Shown: positions 12,733 through 25,126 of the stretch, piece by piece
Layout of the letters: the number at the start of each line of letters is the position of its first letter
Numbering within the stretch: the first letter of the stretch is position 1
Assembly: GCA_035084275.1 (NCBI GenBank)
Contig: CM068756.1
Location: 9,734,001 to 9,798,000, forward strand
Length of the DNA stretch: 64,000 nucleotides
Direction: 5' to 3'
Source of the DNA: Hydrolagus colliei
Lineage: Eukaryota
Notes under the pieces: generated by a model
What the model was told of the DNA's origin: nothing
Database searches by the model: none
What the model saw: only the letters and a program-made list of their open reading frames with translations
Program-made: the position numbers and the translations under genes

Positions 12733-13324
12733 TTTATATAAACGTCAAATAAATATTTGAATTCATCATGTTCATCCATCTTGAAATGAGAAGAGGGTCA
12801 GACAAGGAATCCTCAGAAGGTAGATTGCTCACTGACTTTCTGTTGAAACGACAGCTAAAAAAAAATCCCAAATCCTCTGTGTGCGATAACATGGGCTGAA
12901 TGCCCGAAGTCGCTACAATTAGTAGCATTTTTCGCCCAAGACATTCCACCAATGCTTCAGAGAGATGAATTTGTGGTTAACAATTATGTGAAGCAAAGGG
13001 AATGTATATTAACTGTACACCATGTGATTGGAGTGAATAAGGCTAATATGGCTGAAAGCTGACAGATTCGAAAGCACAAAAATAAATCAAACAGGGTGAC
13101 TAAGGGGATCATTTGACGGGGAAAAGATGTCAACAGATTCTCATCATAACACGTTATAGTAATCAAGAGGGAGGGAAATAACACTTTATAAGGAGGATAC
13201 ATTATGAATGAGAACTGGGTATTTTAACAGTAGTTTATACTAATTGTGCATAGAATTATCCAACTGCAAGCGACATTGCGTTAAATAAAAAAAGTGGTCA
13301 CTCAACCCACAATGTTTGCAGGTC

Positions 13325-13463
13325 ACCGCTGTGTGTGAAATTGATGCCGCATTTCACCCATAAAATATACAGTCAATTCACTTTACAGTATATTCTGCGA
13401 AGTGCTTTGTGACGTCTTGAAGATGATAAACCAATAGTTCACATGCAAAGATTATTATTATTT
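13325..13463 (+). mobile_element. SINE 3' fragment
   Basis: gctgtgtgtgaaattgatgccgc...cagtcaattcactttacagtatattctgcgaagtgctttg...atgcaaagattattatt. Confidence 0.85.
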
Positions 13464-14047
13464 TTAATTTGCATGGCAACCACTAAAAAAGCCTTTGTAT
13501 AGTGTGGTCTGCTTTCCAGTAAGGGAATTTTTTCCACTTATAATAGATTAAGCCGTCTATAGGAATATAACATGTAATGCAAATTAAATAGTTTAACAAC
13601 CAGAAATCACCCTCTTGAACTTTGTTAATGAGTGTGACTTCCTCTCCAGTGGCAGTAAATGTAGTAAACGAGCATGCAACGCCACACAAACATGACGCGT
13701 GTTTCACTGAGATACATCTTCATCAATTAGTAAAACAATTTACTCAAAAAAAATGAAATGATGCTCTCAGACAGCCACGTATTTAAACCTAGGCGGCATC
13801 AACAGACTTGTGTTAAAAATAACATCTGTAGTTAAGGTTTCCAAAATCAAGAGTGATGGAAATATGGCCCATAATGGACAAAGCTGAAGCAATGTTAATG
13901 CAGAATTATGAAATGTTGCTGAAATTGATAATTTCTCAATTAGGTGAAGCAAGAGGGCCATATCTACTGAGTCTTTGTACTCTGAACATTGTATTATTCA
14001 CTTCAACGTATACAATACTAAAAAATGCCCAACTATACAGATGTTTC

Positions 14048-14182
14048 ATAATAATAATCCTTGCATTCGATATAGCGCTTTTCACATCTTCCAGACATGT
14101 CAAACGCTTCACAGAATATACTTAATGTGAATTGACTGCATATTTGTGGGCAAAACACAGCAGCCAATTGCATACAGCATTA
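14048..14182 (-). mobile_element. SINE 3' fragment
   Basis: ataataataatccttgcattcgatatagcgcttttcacatc...cagcagccaattgcatacagca. Confidence 0.85.
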
Positions 14183-14477
14183 TTTCATATTCAGCAAAAT
14201 AAAATTGTTCTGTGTGCAGTGCACACAACCCATCATCTTAAACGTAAAGCAGGTTCAAAAACAGACTCAAATATAACGCACATATTGAGTTTGTTAATTA
14301 GAAACAGGATTAGTTTGATGGCCATTTGGTCACTTCGGTATGTGCTGAACTATTACAAAAGGCTTTTAATTTAATAACTTTCCGCAATCCCATGTTAATA
14401 GGTTTACCATCAAAGTAACAACACTAAGAAGAGAATGGAGATTCTCACAGTGTACTATTCCCTCTTTAAATAAAGTT

Positions 14478-14630
14478 GATCATTCACTTCATGTATGTTT
14501 ATGGGACATTGATGTGTACAAATTGGCTGCCACTTCTGCCTACAAAATATGCCATTACTGCACTACACTGAAATCCTGTGAAACACTTTGAGATGGCCTA
14601 CTAACATGAAACGTAAGGATTATTATTTTT
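14478..14630 (+). mobile_element. SINE 3' fragment
   Basis: tgtttatgggacattgatgtgtacaaattggctgcc...cctgtgaaacactttgagatg...aaggattattat. Confidence 0.8.
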
Positions 14631-17479
14631 AAATTATTCCAGTCAGGATGAACCCTTATAGTTACTGTTAAATTGTCTCTTGTTCACAGAGTTACTTTTG
14701 CTCCCCATTTGACAGAAGCTTATCCACTCGCTCCCAATTCACAATCCCAGCTTCACTCGCTCTAGGTTTTAAACTAAAAGGTTTTACAGCCACACATTAA
14801 AACAAACATCATGAAAAAAATATCACCGGTCAGAGAGAAACAGGGCTAAACTTTATGGCAAATACAGTTTTATTAAACCCAAAAGACCTGTTGGTACTCG
14901 CCTTTATTATCTGGCAGCGTCTACGTAGTACCCCAAAAGAGAGAGACTAATCCATTTTATCTGCTGTGAACTGCCAAGAAAATATAATCAATTTGCCTCA
15001 AATCAGTGCTCCCAGGGGTGAGAAGGTAGGGGGTGGAGGCCAAGCCATAGTTGTATCTAACACAATGCAATATTTTATAGCAGTGCAGTGTGAAAACTGG
15101 AGAAGAGTAGCAGACTCGATGCCAGCTACACAGCTGTGTATGTTAACTGAAAGCTCCAGAGTACTAAATTAAGTTAGAAACTATCAGACAAATGAGAGGG
15201 TCAGCAAAAGAGTGCATTAGTGCTCTCATCTATAAAACAAGCCTGACAGGTCCTAGTACAGGAAGTTAATTATGGCATCTTGCAAAGTGTTATTATAAAT
15301 GACTGAACCAATGTTAGCTAATCTTTCACCATTGTCCTGGCACGGAGTTAAGTCAATTGGTGGAGGAAACTGTGGCTCAACCTTCAGAGTTATCATAAAA
15401 TTGTATAATACTTGATGGATAAATCTTAAGCCACACTAAATTGGTTACTTATCCATCCATATTTTTAAATAAACACAGAAAAGCTTCAAGCTACACAGGG
15501 ATCGGATTTCCACGTAATACGTTACAAACGGTAATGAAGATGGGTCAGGCAATTTGGCAGTTAAATAACAAAAAGTCCAATATTCCAAAGGTTTTGTGTT
15601 GGAAAAACAAACTGTAAAGCTGCCACTATCTTAACAACAAAATTATCTTAACTGCTTTGTAATGGATGACTGTCAGTTTAATCACAGATTTCCGTGCTTT
15701 TGAAAAGCTTTTTTAAACACGCACGTTTATTCGCAGATTCTTTGAATACCAAAGAAAAGAGGAACAAGCTGATTTTCAAGTCACAGGCCCATCAGCCTGC
15801 AAAGAAAGAATAATTGTCAATGAACGCTTTTTAAAATTGGGCCTGCAGCGTTGCATCTCAAAACCATTCATTTATCTGACTAAACTTTGTGGAAAAATAC
15901 AACTGCACAGCACAGTTGGAATAGTGCAGTGTTAACTGCAGACGGGTTGTACAGATAAGCTTCAGGAACGCACACCCGGCCTCCAAAAATAAGGCAAAAA
16001 TATTTCATCAATTTATCTCATTATCTGAATCAAACAATCGAAGGAGTTTTGACAGAGAAGTGCGGAAATTGCAGAACTGCACGCATTCTTTCTCTCCAAT
16101 GTTCTGTTATTTCAGGGACCATGAAAGTTTGAGGGCATGAACTCACAGCAGCACAATTGGACAGTGATTTAGAACTGTGCTTAGCAATATTAATTCTGGG
16201 ACTTCGCTAAAGGTACCCATCATAGCGAACACACCTCATTTACAGATCATGCCGCAGTGAGCTTCAGGTTGTGCTCCTTGTAGACAGGTTTGCCCCAATA
16301 CCTGACTTGCTACCAAGTGCATCTCCAAACATCCCATTTTCCATCAGCAGCCACTTCATTCTCACTGTCTCCGCTGGTACCACCTTCCCGGAGGCAGATG
16401 GTCTTTGCCAAACGTGATTCCCAATGGGAGCAAGCATCTCTGCCTATGGAAACCAACATTGGCAGACGCCTTCCTTCCTAATACACCGCTCAAAATGATC
16501 CCGCTCTGGAACAAGTGTAGGCTATGGGTGAGAGCAGCAGGTGCCTTTACTTCCCACTGTGGGAGCAATAGCAGAACTAAAAAGAAATGAATATCGTGAG
16601 CATTAAGGTATTGCCAAGGAATCTCACGCATGCCCAGAAAGAAGTTGCCCTCCAGTGACACCTTATTAACATTTCTTCTCATATCCACTTGGACACGACT
16701 CCATGGGTCACCACTTTAGCTAAATACAAAAAAAAACTACTTCCTCAGTGCTTTGTGTCATTCATAGAATTACATACTATTAGCAGACTGTACAGCACAA
16801 AACAGGCTTCTTAAAATCATGCAATGATCCACATCTTTTCTTCTGCTAAACCATCAGAAATCAGACTTCATGAAATACCTGGATTATAACATGTCTCAAG
16901 TACGCAGGCTTCTTTCCTCCACACATAAACTTACCTGGCATATTGTGCAATGAACGGTGTATTCTCTTTGTCAACTGTTGTTATTTTCTGGGATGTTTGC
17001 AAAGTGAATAATTCCTACCTTGCAATGATTCTTGAAAGCTGAGAGACAAGTTCAGAAACTTCTCAGGGAATGATCAATCGAAACTGGCAGAAAATGTGTT
17101 AACTTTCAAGTCTTTATTTTGCATTCCTTTACTTGAAATCTGTTAGGGTGAGTTCTCCTGCGCACATATCCTCCCCGATGCGCAAAGAGGCCCCTTCCAA
17201 TGACCTAATGAGGCAGTGGAACCTAAAGGCAAATTATTGCACAAGGTTAAATCTATTTACAACAATCTACATGTCTTAAAAGCCAAAACAATGATGCATT
17301 TCACTCGTCACAATACTATTAATCAGGTGCTGATTGTTTATTTAATTCTCATGTGATAATGAATTTTTTAACTTGACATAACGGGTGAAGTGAAAGTTTA
17401 ATGTTTGGAAGGAACCAATTAGATGCAAGTGCACAGTTTGCACAAAAGAAGTCCTGGCCAACAATCCCTCTCCAAATAA

Positions 17480-17645
17480 AATTGTTCATTTGCTTCAAGG
17501 CATTTTTTGGGACATTGCTGTGTATAAATTGGCTGCCACGTTTGCTTGCAAAATACATAGTCATTTTAGTCAATCCCATGAAGAGCATTGAGACAGCATC
17601 CCGAAGTGAAGGCCTGCATATCGACAAGGAATATGATTTATTAAA
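17480..17645 (+). mobile_element. SINE 3' fragment
   Basis: tgggacattgctgtgtataaattggctgccacgtttg...tgaagagcattgagac. Confidence 0.75.
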
Positions 17646-18917
17646 AGAATTCTGCTAAATTTTAGATTAAATTTAATGTTACTAACATTAAATTGTCTTC
17701 TCTATTGGGAATTTGAACAGAGGAGGGGAGAAGAGGGATTTTTGTTCCTTCTTCAGTAGATGTCACAGAACACACTGAATTACACAGAGAGGTGAAAAAG
17801 GCATGGGCTGATGTCATTTTCTTTACTGATACTGGCGTAGAGACACCAAATGTTTCTGGCAATGACAGCAAGAGCCACTTCCCCTGTGGCCAGGACTCAA
17901 TAGCAGTTAAGTTAGTTGCCTTAAGAAACTTGGGCTCTGAAAAGCTCGGTGGTCTACAACTTTTCTCATCATCCAAATGGAAGTATCAGACAATCCCAGA
18001 ATATCCCACCAAAAAAAGTTCAATCTTACAAACGGGGATATGACTCGCTAATTCTACTTCTGTATCTTCACCGGAACTTCTACCCCACACAGTGGGTGTT
18101 TTAAAGATGATACATCATTAATAGTAATTTCTCCATTTGCTATATAGGATCTCTGAAGACTTATTCCTAGCTAAGTGCACACTAATTGTCAATATCATGG
18201 GAGCTGACTGAGAATTAGATCAAGGCTTTGGAGGAGTTACTCCCATTTTAATGCTCAATAGTGCAAGTCACCCAGTGATGTGTTGGAGCTTAAAAAGCAA
18301 CCTAGGAATCTGGAAAAAGTTTACACTCTGTAAATAGGCAGCAAAGACTGAATATTTCTGTGGAAAGAAAAAGCTTTTTAAAAAAATTGGGTACCTGTAT
18401 AAAGAAAGAAAATAATGGCGGGGGGGTGGGGGAGGAAATGGCAAGTTAACAAAAGTGGCTTTTGTTGTCAAAACCAACACAAGAATGTTTGCAATTCTTT
18501 CATTCTCCCTCAGAATTTGTTAAGATCAACAGTTAGCATCCTACTTGGCTGTGGGTTATACTCTGCATGATGATAAAATCACTGAGCGGGTGCCAGATTC
18601 AATAGCTGCAGGGACAGCATTGGCAAATTTAATGTTGAATTGTGGAGATGATTGATGGGATTCGAGTTCCAAGTATTTCTGAAATGGTGCATTTCCTAAC
18701 ACCAAAATGTTGTCTCCCTCCTCTCCCACCACCATAAAATCAATGGAGTAAGAAACTGCTCGCCATGTGACATTGAAAGGAACAAAAAAGGCATATAAAC
18801 CTTTATTCAGCCCCTATTTTACTATCTGTTTTTGCTAATGGCAGGAAAAGATTGGGGAACCAATAAAGATCTTTAACTGGAGATAGGACTTATTTACTTC
18901 ACCTATTGTAATCAATT

Positions 18918-19030
18918 TATATATATATATATATATATATACTGTACATATACACACACACACTATGACATGCTTTGAGATGTCTTCCTGGTGTGAAAGG
19001 CACTGTATCAAATGCAAGGATTATTGGTAT
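18918..19030 (+). repeat. (TA)n/(CA)n microsatellite followed by a SINE tail
   Basis: Long TA run, CA run, then tgctttgagatgtc...gtgaaaggcactgtatcaaatgcaaggattatt. Confidence 0.85.
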
Positions 19031-19907
19031 TTTAGTATTTTAGACCCAGAGGTGTACACAATCTTGTAATAATACAGCATCATTCACGACAGTATGGAAT
19101 TCTAAAAAAAAGACAGCTTCTTGTGGAGCTCCCATGAGGCTAATAATGTCTTTTGTCTGAGCAAAGCACAGTTAAGCATAGAACTGCCTTGTGCACCTGC
19201 AACATTGACCTCAAATGAACATACATTTAGGATTATTTTGAAAAATAATGTAGCTCTACACTTAGTCAATTTGAGAATAACCATGAGTATTAGTACCATA
19301 TGAATGAGCTGTGAGTATTCACATCTTGAACACTGGCAAAAGAGAAAGAGTTCACAGAGTCGACATAAGTAGTCAAACACTTATAATTAAGTGTTTTGAC
19401 ATCGCTGCCTTTTTTAACACCAAATAAATGGAATTGCTTAAATTGTGAAAGAAAACACATATGCATCCATTGAAATTCCATCATACACCTCTCTGTCACA
19501 TGGATGGACGTTTTGACTTGTACTGTGCTGGTGTAAGCTGCAAAAACAGTATCTTGAAGTAAATGCATCTTCCCTTAAATTTGCTTAATGTACACGGAGT
19601 CAGCAAGGTGACTCATGCCTGCAATTCCATCATTGCTGGCAATCTGGCTTCTTCCATCCCAGAAACTGCTTGAAAAGATATTCTTTCTTTGCCATAACTT
19701 TTTAGTAACTACAAGGCAGCTGCAAAAATGGCTCTCTGTAAATCTTACTCTGCTAGAGACAAAGTCGTAACTGATTACCATCGAAATTCCAGAAACTAAT
19801 ACTTTTAATCCTATTGAGTATTATATAAATGGCTCGGGAACAATTTGCACGTCTTGACTGCTAGCCCCAATTTGGTAGAAATCCAGGTGCCAGGTGCTAT
19901 ACCGGCT

Positions 19908-20055
19908 CACTGGCAGGATTCCACCTTTGAATCAGAAGGTTGTGGGTTCCAGCCCCATGTCAGGATTTCAAATTCATGGTCTTCCAGGCTGACACTCCAG
20001 TGCACTGCTGCATTGTGAGAGGTATTGGCTTTCAGATTAAACTTATATCGACAGT
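19908..20055 (+). mobile_element. DeuSINE (SacSINE1-like) 5' half
   Basis: tgaatcagaaggttgtgggttccagcccca...aggctgacactccagtgca...ctgcattgtgagaggt: tRNA-derived head with B-box, then the start of the Deu domain. Confidence 0.75.
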
Positions 20056-22026
20056 GAAACCACCCTAGAATTACTAGATTGGAGACTAGTTCCATGCTGG
20101 CTAAATAGTACAGATAAATTCCATATCCAATCGGGTTAAACCTTACTCTTTCAACCAGCAGCAAGCCTGAGAGGCATTGATGGCTGCAGGATTGTGGCAA
20201 AAACTGCACAATTAAAAAGTTCAACATCAAGAAACAGAAACACACACTAAATTGGGATTTGCCAGTTCTGCAGTACCCACTCAAATGCCATTACATACCT
20301 AAACTACTACATCACTGCTTTACCCAACAAAGATGACTTAACGCATAACCCTCCCTGCTCACCTGCCTCAAACTCACACCATCCCTTTGAACTGTTTCCC
20401 CTTTTGTGAAAGATGGAGCTCTGTCCAAACTCCTCAAGCTTGCACAGCAAAGAGATACAGTAACTTTTAATCATTTGTGCCCTTCTTATCAATGCTCTTA
20501 TCAATGCTCTCCCTATCTCCATAATACAAATGATAAGGACTAATGCTCTGCTTCTGCATGTACCTTACATACAAACATATCCATCCAAATGGCATAAGGA
20601 TTTTTTGTAATCAACAGAAGGGCCATCTGCGAACATAGTTGACCATGGCTCGGTGGCACAAGTAGAAGTAGTAAATGAACCATGCAGTGTGACAGATGCA
20701 TTACTATCATGCAGTTGCAGAACTGCATTAAACCGTGTGCCAGACATTACTTGATATTCTGTGCTTCATTATCCATAGATCACAACTTCCTGATGGGCTC
20801 CCCTGCCAAAGAGGCTATAAGCCAAATATGGATAAATGCTAGATAATCTTAAAAAACAATTTAGCTTGAATTGGTAAAAGTACCATTCTTTTTAACAAGA
20901 CGTCGCAGCTGAACAGCTCACCACAGCTAATATACCCATGCATCACAGTGCCCATTGTACCTACTCTGTATGAAAATTTATCTCCGTAGTACATTAAACC
21001 TAATTTACAAAATCCATGATATTAGCAAGTCTTCTGAACCTACTCACAAGACTTAGCAGTACAATTAATATTAAACTCAATCACCAAACCTTTAAGCAGC
21101 AAAACACCAGAGGGAATTTGAGTCTGCATTCCACAGCTAAATGTGTGCAATGTAGCATTCACAAATGAACTACATTCTCAGATAAGACGAGGCAAAATGA
21201 TGATACCCTCCATCAGCTTTGCTGCAGTGTTTGCGAGAAACAATGAAAGGGCAGAAATATTGATGAGTCGTCTGTGCCCTTATCTAATGGGCTAATTATA
21301 CAGTTTATTTGACATGTGAAATACCAAACGGAAGCTTAACTATACTCTACTCTTTTGTCCTCTAGGATCTTATTCAAATGAAAGACCTGCCTTAGGAAAA
21401 ACTTAGGCAGCTTTTATTAGACGCTTGATGCCTATTATAGAAATCTGGAGAATTTGGGGGAAATGGTCTCATTTCTTTGGCAGACTTGGAATCTCCCATT
21501 GGTATTGTTTGCTAGACATTGCAGATTCACCTCTGAGCACAGTATTTATAAGCCATCAAAGCAAGGATCGGCTGCAAACCAACGCAATAAATCTGGCGTT
21601 GCAGCTAAGGTTTCTGTAGAATGAACTGTTACAATCCTGTAAAAATCTTACCAAGAGCTTTTGCTATCTGGTTAAGATAATGGTCTGAGGATGTCAATGT
21701 TTGTGGTTTATCATGATTCTCTTCCACCCCTCCCCACCCCCACCCCCCCCCCCCCAACACATATCTAACAAACAAATCTCCGACTTGATAACGAAACTGG
21801 AAAAAGCTTTCTTCGGATCAGCAGCTCTATTAAATAACAGGCCATAGAGAAAGAAGTCACTATTTTGCCAAGTACATTTTATTTATTTAGCTTCACCAAG
21901 GGAATTACCCAACTGCTAGACTCATTACACCATGTGAATATTTTTGCATCTCTTTAACCCTCAGTGAACCTGACTAAAAGTGTCTGTGCACAGCTGTTAT
22001 ACACTTACAACTTACAATGTGCACGT

Positions 22027-22036
22027 TGATTGACAG
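22027..22036 (+). promoter_or_regulatory. PBX-MEIS/PREP decamer
   Basis: Exact TGATTGACAG in unique sequence, with ETS-like cttcctg and FOX-like tgtttgac nearby. Confidence 0.4.
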
Positions 22037-22524
22037 AACGCAAGTGCCGCTTCCTGTTAAGTGAATATATGTTTGACACGTATTCTTGATTTATCAGGGG
22101 TATGCACTTAAGAAATTTACAACTAAATGTCGGCATAAGTTTTCAAAGCCAGGTAATAACAAGCGTGCTGTTTAATGCAATACAATCTAAAGTGAATGTT
22201 GTCGAGGTTATTTAAATGGTGGTTATTTTACTCACAGTTAATGAAGATAACACAATTGCCAAGAATCCATAAAGAAATTAACATGGGGGTGGGGTGGGGG
22301 GGGAGGGAATCTCCCCCCCACCCCACACAATGGCCCCTGTTTTCAGGCTCGAGAACTGCTGCCTTCAAATCTTTTAAAAGCAGATCAACTGAGTCAGCAA
22401 AGATGAGAATTAGCAGCGTTGAAACCGTTACCTAAATCATTTATTTCTTTTTTTTAAAAAAGTCTTCAGTGAAAAAAACAAATCACCAGAGGGGTTCAGG
22501 ACACCTTGATTACATCATTCATTT

Positions 22525-22675
22525 CCTGACTGTTGCTGTGCGCAAATAAGACTCCCGGGGTCATAGACAAATACATAGTCACTCCAGTTTACAGTGAATC
22601 CCTGTGAAGCTCATGAAGGCATCCTGCTGACATGGACAGTGCTGTATCAAATGCAAGGATTATCATTATTAATAA
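22525..22675 (+). mobile_element. SINE 3' fragment
   Basis: tgctgtgcgcaaat...ccctgtgaagc...gctgtatcaaatgcaaggattatcattatt. Confidence 0.8.
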
Positions 22676-23871
22676 TTCCAAACCTTTTTTCTGATATTTA
22701 AGTAGGAGCAATAGGAGAGCACTGATGGACCTAATATTGCATGAGTAGTGGACAAGTATGTGTGTGGTTTGAACTTCCTAGCCAAGGCTGGGAAAGTGTG
22801 AGAATTCTTCACACTAACCAGCTGCCCTGTTGGACTCAATTTAGTGCAGCATAAATCCTGAGCAGATCTGCTCTCAGCTGGGCAACATAAGGCCTGAAGA
22901 GGAAGAAATATTACTTTGAAAAAAGAGGATTAATAGAGAGAATATGAAATATTTTTCTTCGATCCTGCACCTTCAGATAAATACAGTCAATAAATAATCA
23001 CACAGTCGATAGCAAAATGGAAACATTGTATGATCAAGGGAGACAAATGGTCTGAATCTGTGACATAAAAATACAGTTTTACATTGGCCCTATCTATCAA
23101 TTACATAATGCTCAGGCACTCTGTCCTACATACAGTCACCTCAGGGTTCAGAATCAAACGGGAATATGTAATCTCCAGTTTTGGACAATCCTGCTTTAAC
23201 ATTGGAGTGACGTGGCTCTGTCAATTATTTTTCAAAACCATCGCTGAGACACAAACGCTATAAATACCTCCAAAGCAGCTAATTCTCTATCTGCTGCGGA
23301 GATGTTTCCAACTCCAGTCGGAAACGGCAGCACTCACACCTGAAAGCTCTCACTCCACTTCTGACACAAGGTCTCACGTCTCCTCTAACCCGTGTCAGGA
23401 CGAGACTTTCAACAACAGTCGAGTATTGATTATTAAGGGGTGAGCGATACCAAAACTGTTAAGAAAAGGAACATGGCCACCAGGGTTCACTGAGCACTAA
23501 GTGGATTGCCAGGAGGAAAGCTTTTCCCATGTGTCAAGTGGTTTATTTTAAATACAGAAATCTGGTTGAGGCCTCATGTAAACAGGAAAGCTCTTTTACA
23601 TTTAATTCACTGTATTTTATGGGTTATCACAAGACCCTGTACTGCAAGAGCTAAAAAGTTCACAACAAGCGGATTCTATTAGTTGTGATGTGAGCAATAT
23701 CTTTATATCTGATACAGTGCCTTTCACATTAGGGGCGAACCTCTCAAAGCACTGCGCAGGATTCACTGCAAAGTGTAGTGACTATATTGTGGATATAAAT
23801 GACACAAAACAAGTTATATATTGAAATAACTGAAAGCGTTTCAAAGGTGTGGCCAGAATCCAAAACATTTC

Positions 23872-24082
23872 AGGACAGTAAGAAGCCATTTAGCCCATCA
23901 AGTCTGCAATGGCTCTCAGAGGAAAGTGTTCATTCAATCTCACTGCTCTGACTTATCCCTATACTCCTTCAAGCCATTATCTTTCATACCTCTGTCTACA
24001 TCTTTCTTGAAAACCATCATGGACTCTGCCTCTGCCACTTCATTTAGTAGAACATTCCACAACCCAACAACTTTCTGAGTTA
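23872..24082 (-). mobile_element. CR1 LINE 3' end
   Basis: gccatttagcccatcaagtctgc (3' UTR stem), then ttcttgaaa...ctctgcctctgccact...cattccacaacccaacaactttctgagt (TQKVVGLWN on the minus strand). Confidence 0.8.
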
Positions 24083-24159
24083 GGCACAAATAAACATTGG
24101 ATTTATTTAATTTATATCAAATTAAGAAAATATTCACCTGTCAAGTGCTTGTTCATACT

Positions 24160-24390
24160 GCATTTAAGTCTGGTGTGAGCCAAGCGATCTGGAAATTGGT
24201 TCTCATTGAAGTGGCCACCACTATAGATCAGCAGTGATCTCTTCAGGAATCACTTCCATCATTGTGACTAAGCATGGTGTTTGGGGTGGGGTGGGATTGA
24301 ACGATTGCATCACAAACTTGGCAAAATCCCAGCTGCCTGTTCAGCCATTCGACTCCTAGCAGTATAAATGTACAAGCCAGGCATCAATGC
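24160..24390 (+). mobile_element. ancient SINE-like family 3 fragment (unassigned)
   Basis: Degenerate similarity to the reverse complement of 60660-60870 (cagtgatctcttcaggaa...gcatggtgtttggggtggg...ccaggcatcaatgc). Confidence 0.4.
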
Positions 24391-24780
24391 AAGTTAATAA
24401 TGCAATTCCCACATTAATTGTTACAGTTCAAATTACTGAAAATCAAATATTCCAAAGTGTACCGCAAGTGGATTTTGTTGTACTTATAAATATGTATATG
24501 CAACCATAATCCAAATATTGAAGTTTTATGGGTTGAAATGCAAATAAAAGTTGGGTCACTGCACTTTTGCTAAAATACCATTACCTCAATGCCTCAAACA
24601 ATCTCAATTAATGCTCGATGGAAAGCCAAGATTCAATTGCACATCTGTGTCGAAATAAACATATAACAAAGAATTTGAGCTACAAGACAGTGAGGCCAGG
24701 AGAACACAATTGAATACAGCATTAAAATATTTCATTCTCTCACTCCATTATCCTTCATTTTAACACATGAGAAAAAACAT

Positions 24781-24838
24781 ATTTGTGTAGGCAGAATGAA
24801 TACACAAGTATTTGTGTAGGCAGAATGAATACACAAGT
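24781..24838 (+). repeat. perfect 29-bp tandem duplication
   Basis: atttgtgtaggcagaatgaatacacaagt occurs twice. Confidence 0.95.
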
Positions 24839-24849
24839 ATACAGTCGAC

Positions 24850-25126
24850 TTTCCTGCCTTTCTTCCCCCTGCCTCGACCCCTCCCCTTTTGCTTATTTAC
24901 CCCCTTTTGCCCCTAGTCCCACTTCCGTGACTAATTGTGGGACACTGCTGTGCGCAATTTGGCTGCCGCGTTTCGCCCACTAATACAGTTACTTTTCCTA
25001 CTATGCTTTATCCTGCCCTGATCCTTCCCACCCTGCTCTTGTCCTACCTGACTGTACAGCGCCTTGGGATGTCCTCTCGACGTGAAAGGCGCTATATAAA
25101 TGTAAGTTTTGTTGTTGTTGTTGTTG
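24850..25126 (+). mobile_element. young L2-tailed element carrying the SINE core block
   Basis: Pyrimidine-rich tract, tgtgggacactgctgtgcgcaatttggctgccgcgtttcgcccac, pyrimidine tract, cagcgccttgggatgtcctctcgacgtgaaaggcgctatataaatgtaag and (GTT)n. Confidence 0.85.

Noticed and set aside
16240-16690. GC-elevated stretch with three overlapping ORFs
   Set aside because: No convincing splice-site pair and no recognisable peptide; more likely regulatory or old repeat sequence.
16935-17011. Minus-strand exon with a perfect CAG|gtaagt donor
   Set aside because: No adequate acceptor in the open frame; upstream acceptors give stops in all frames.
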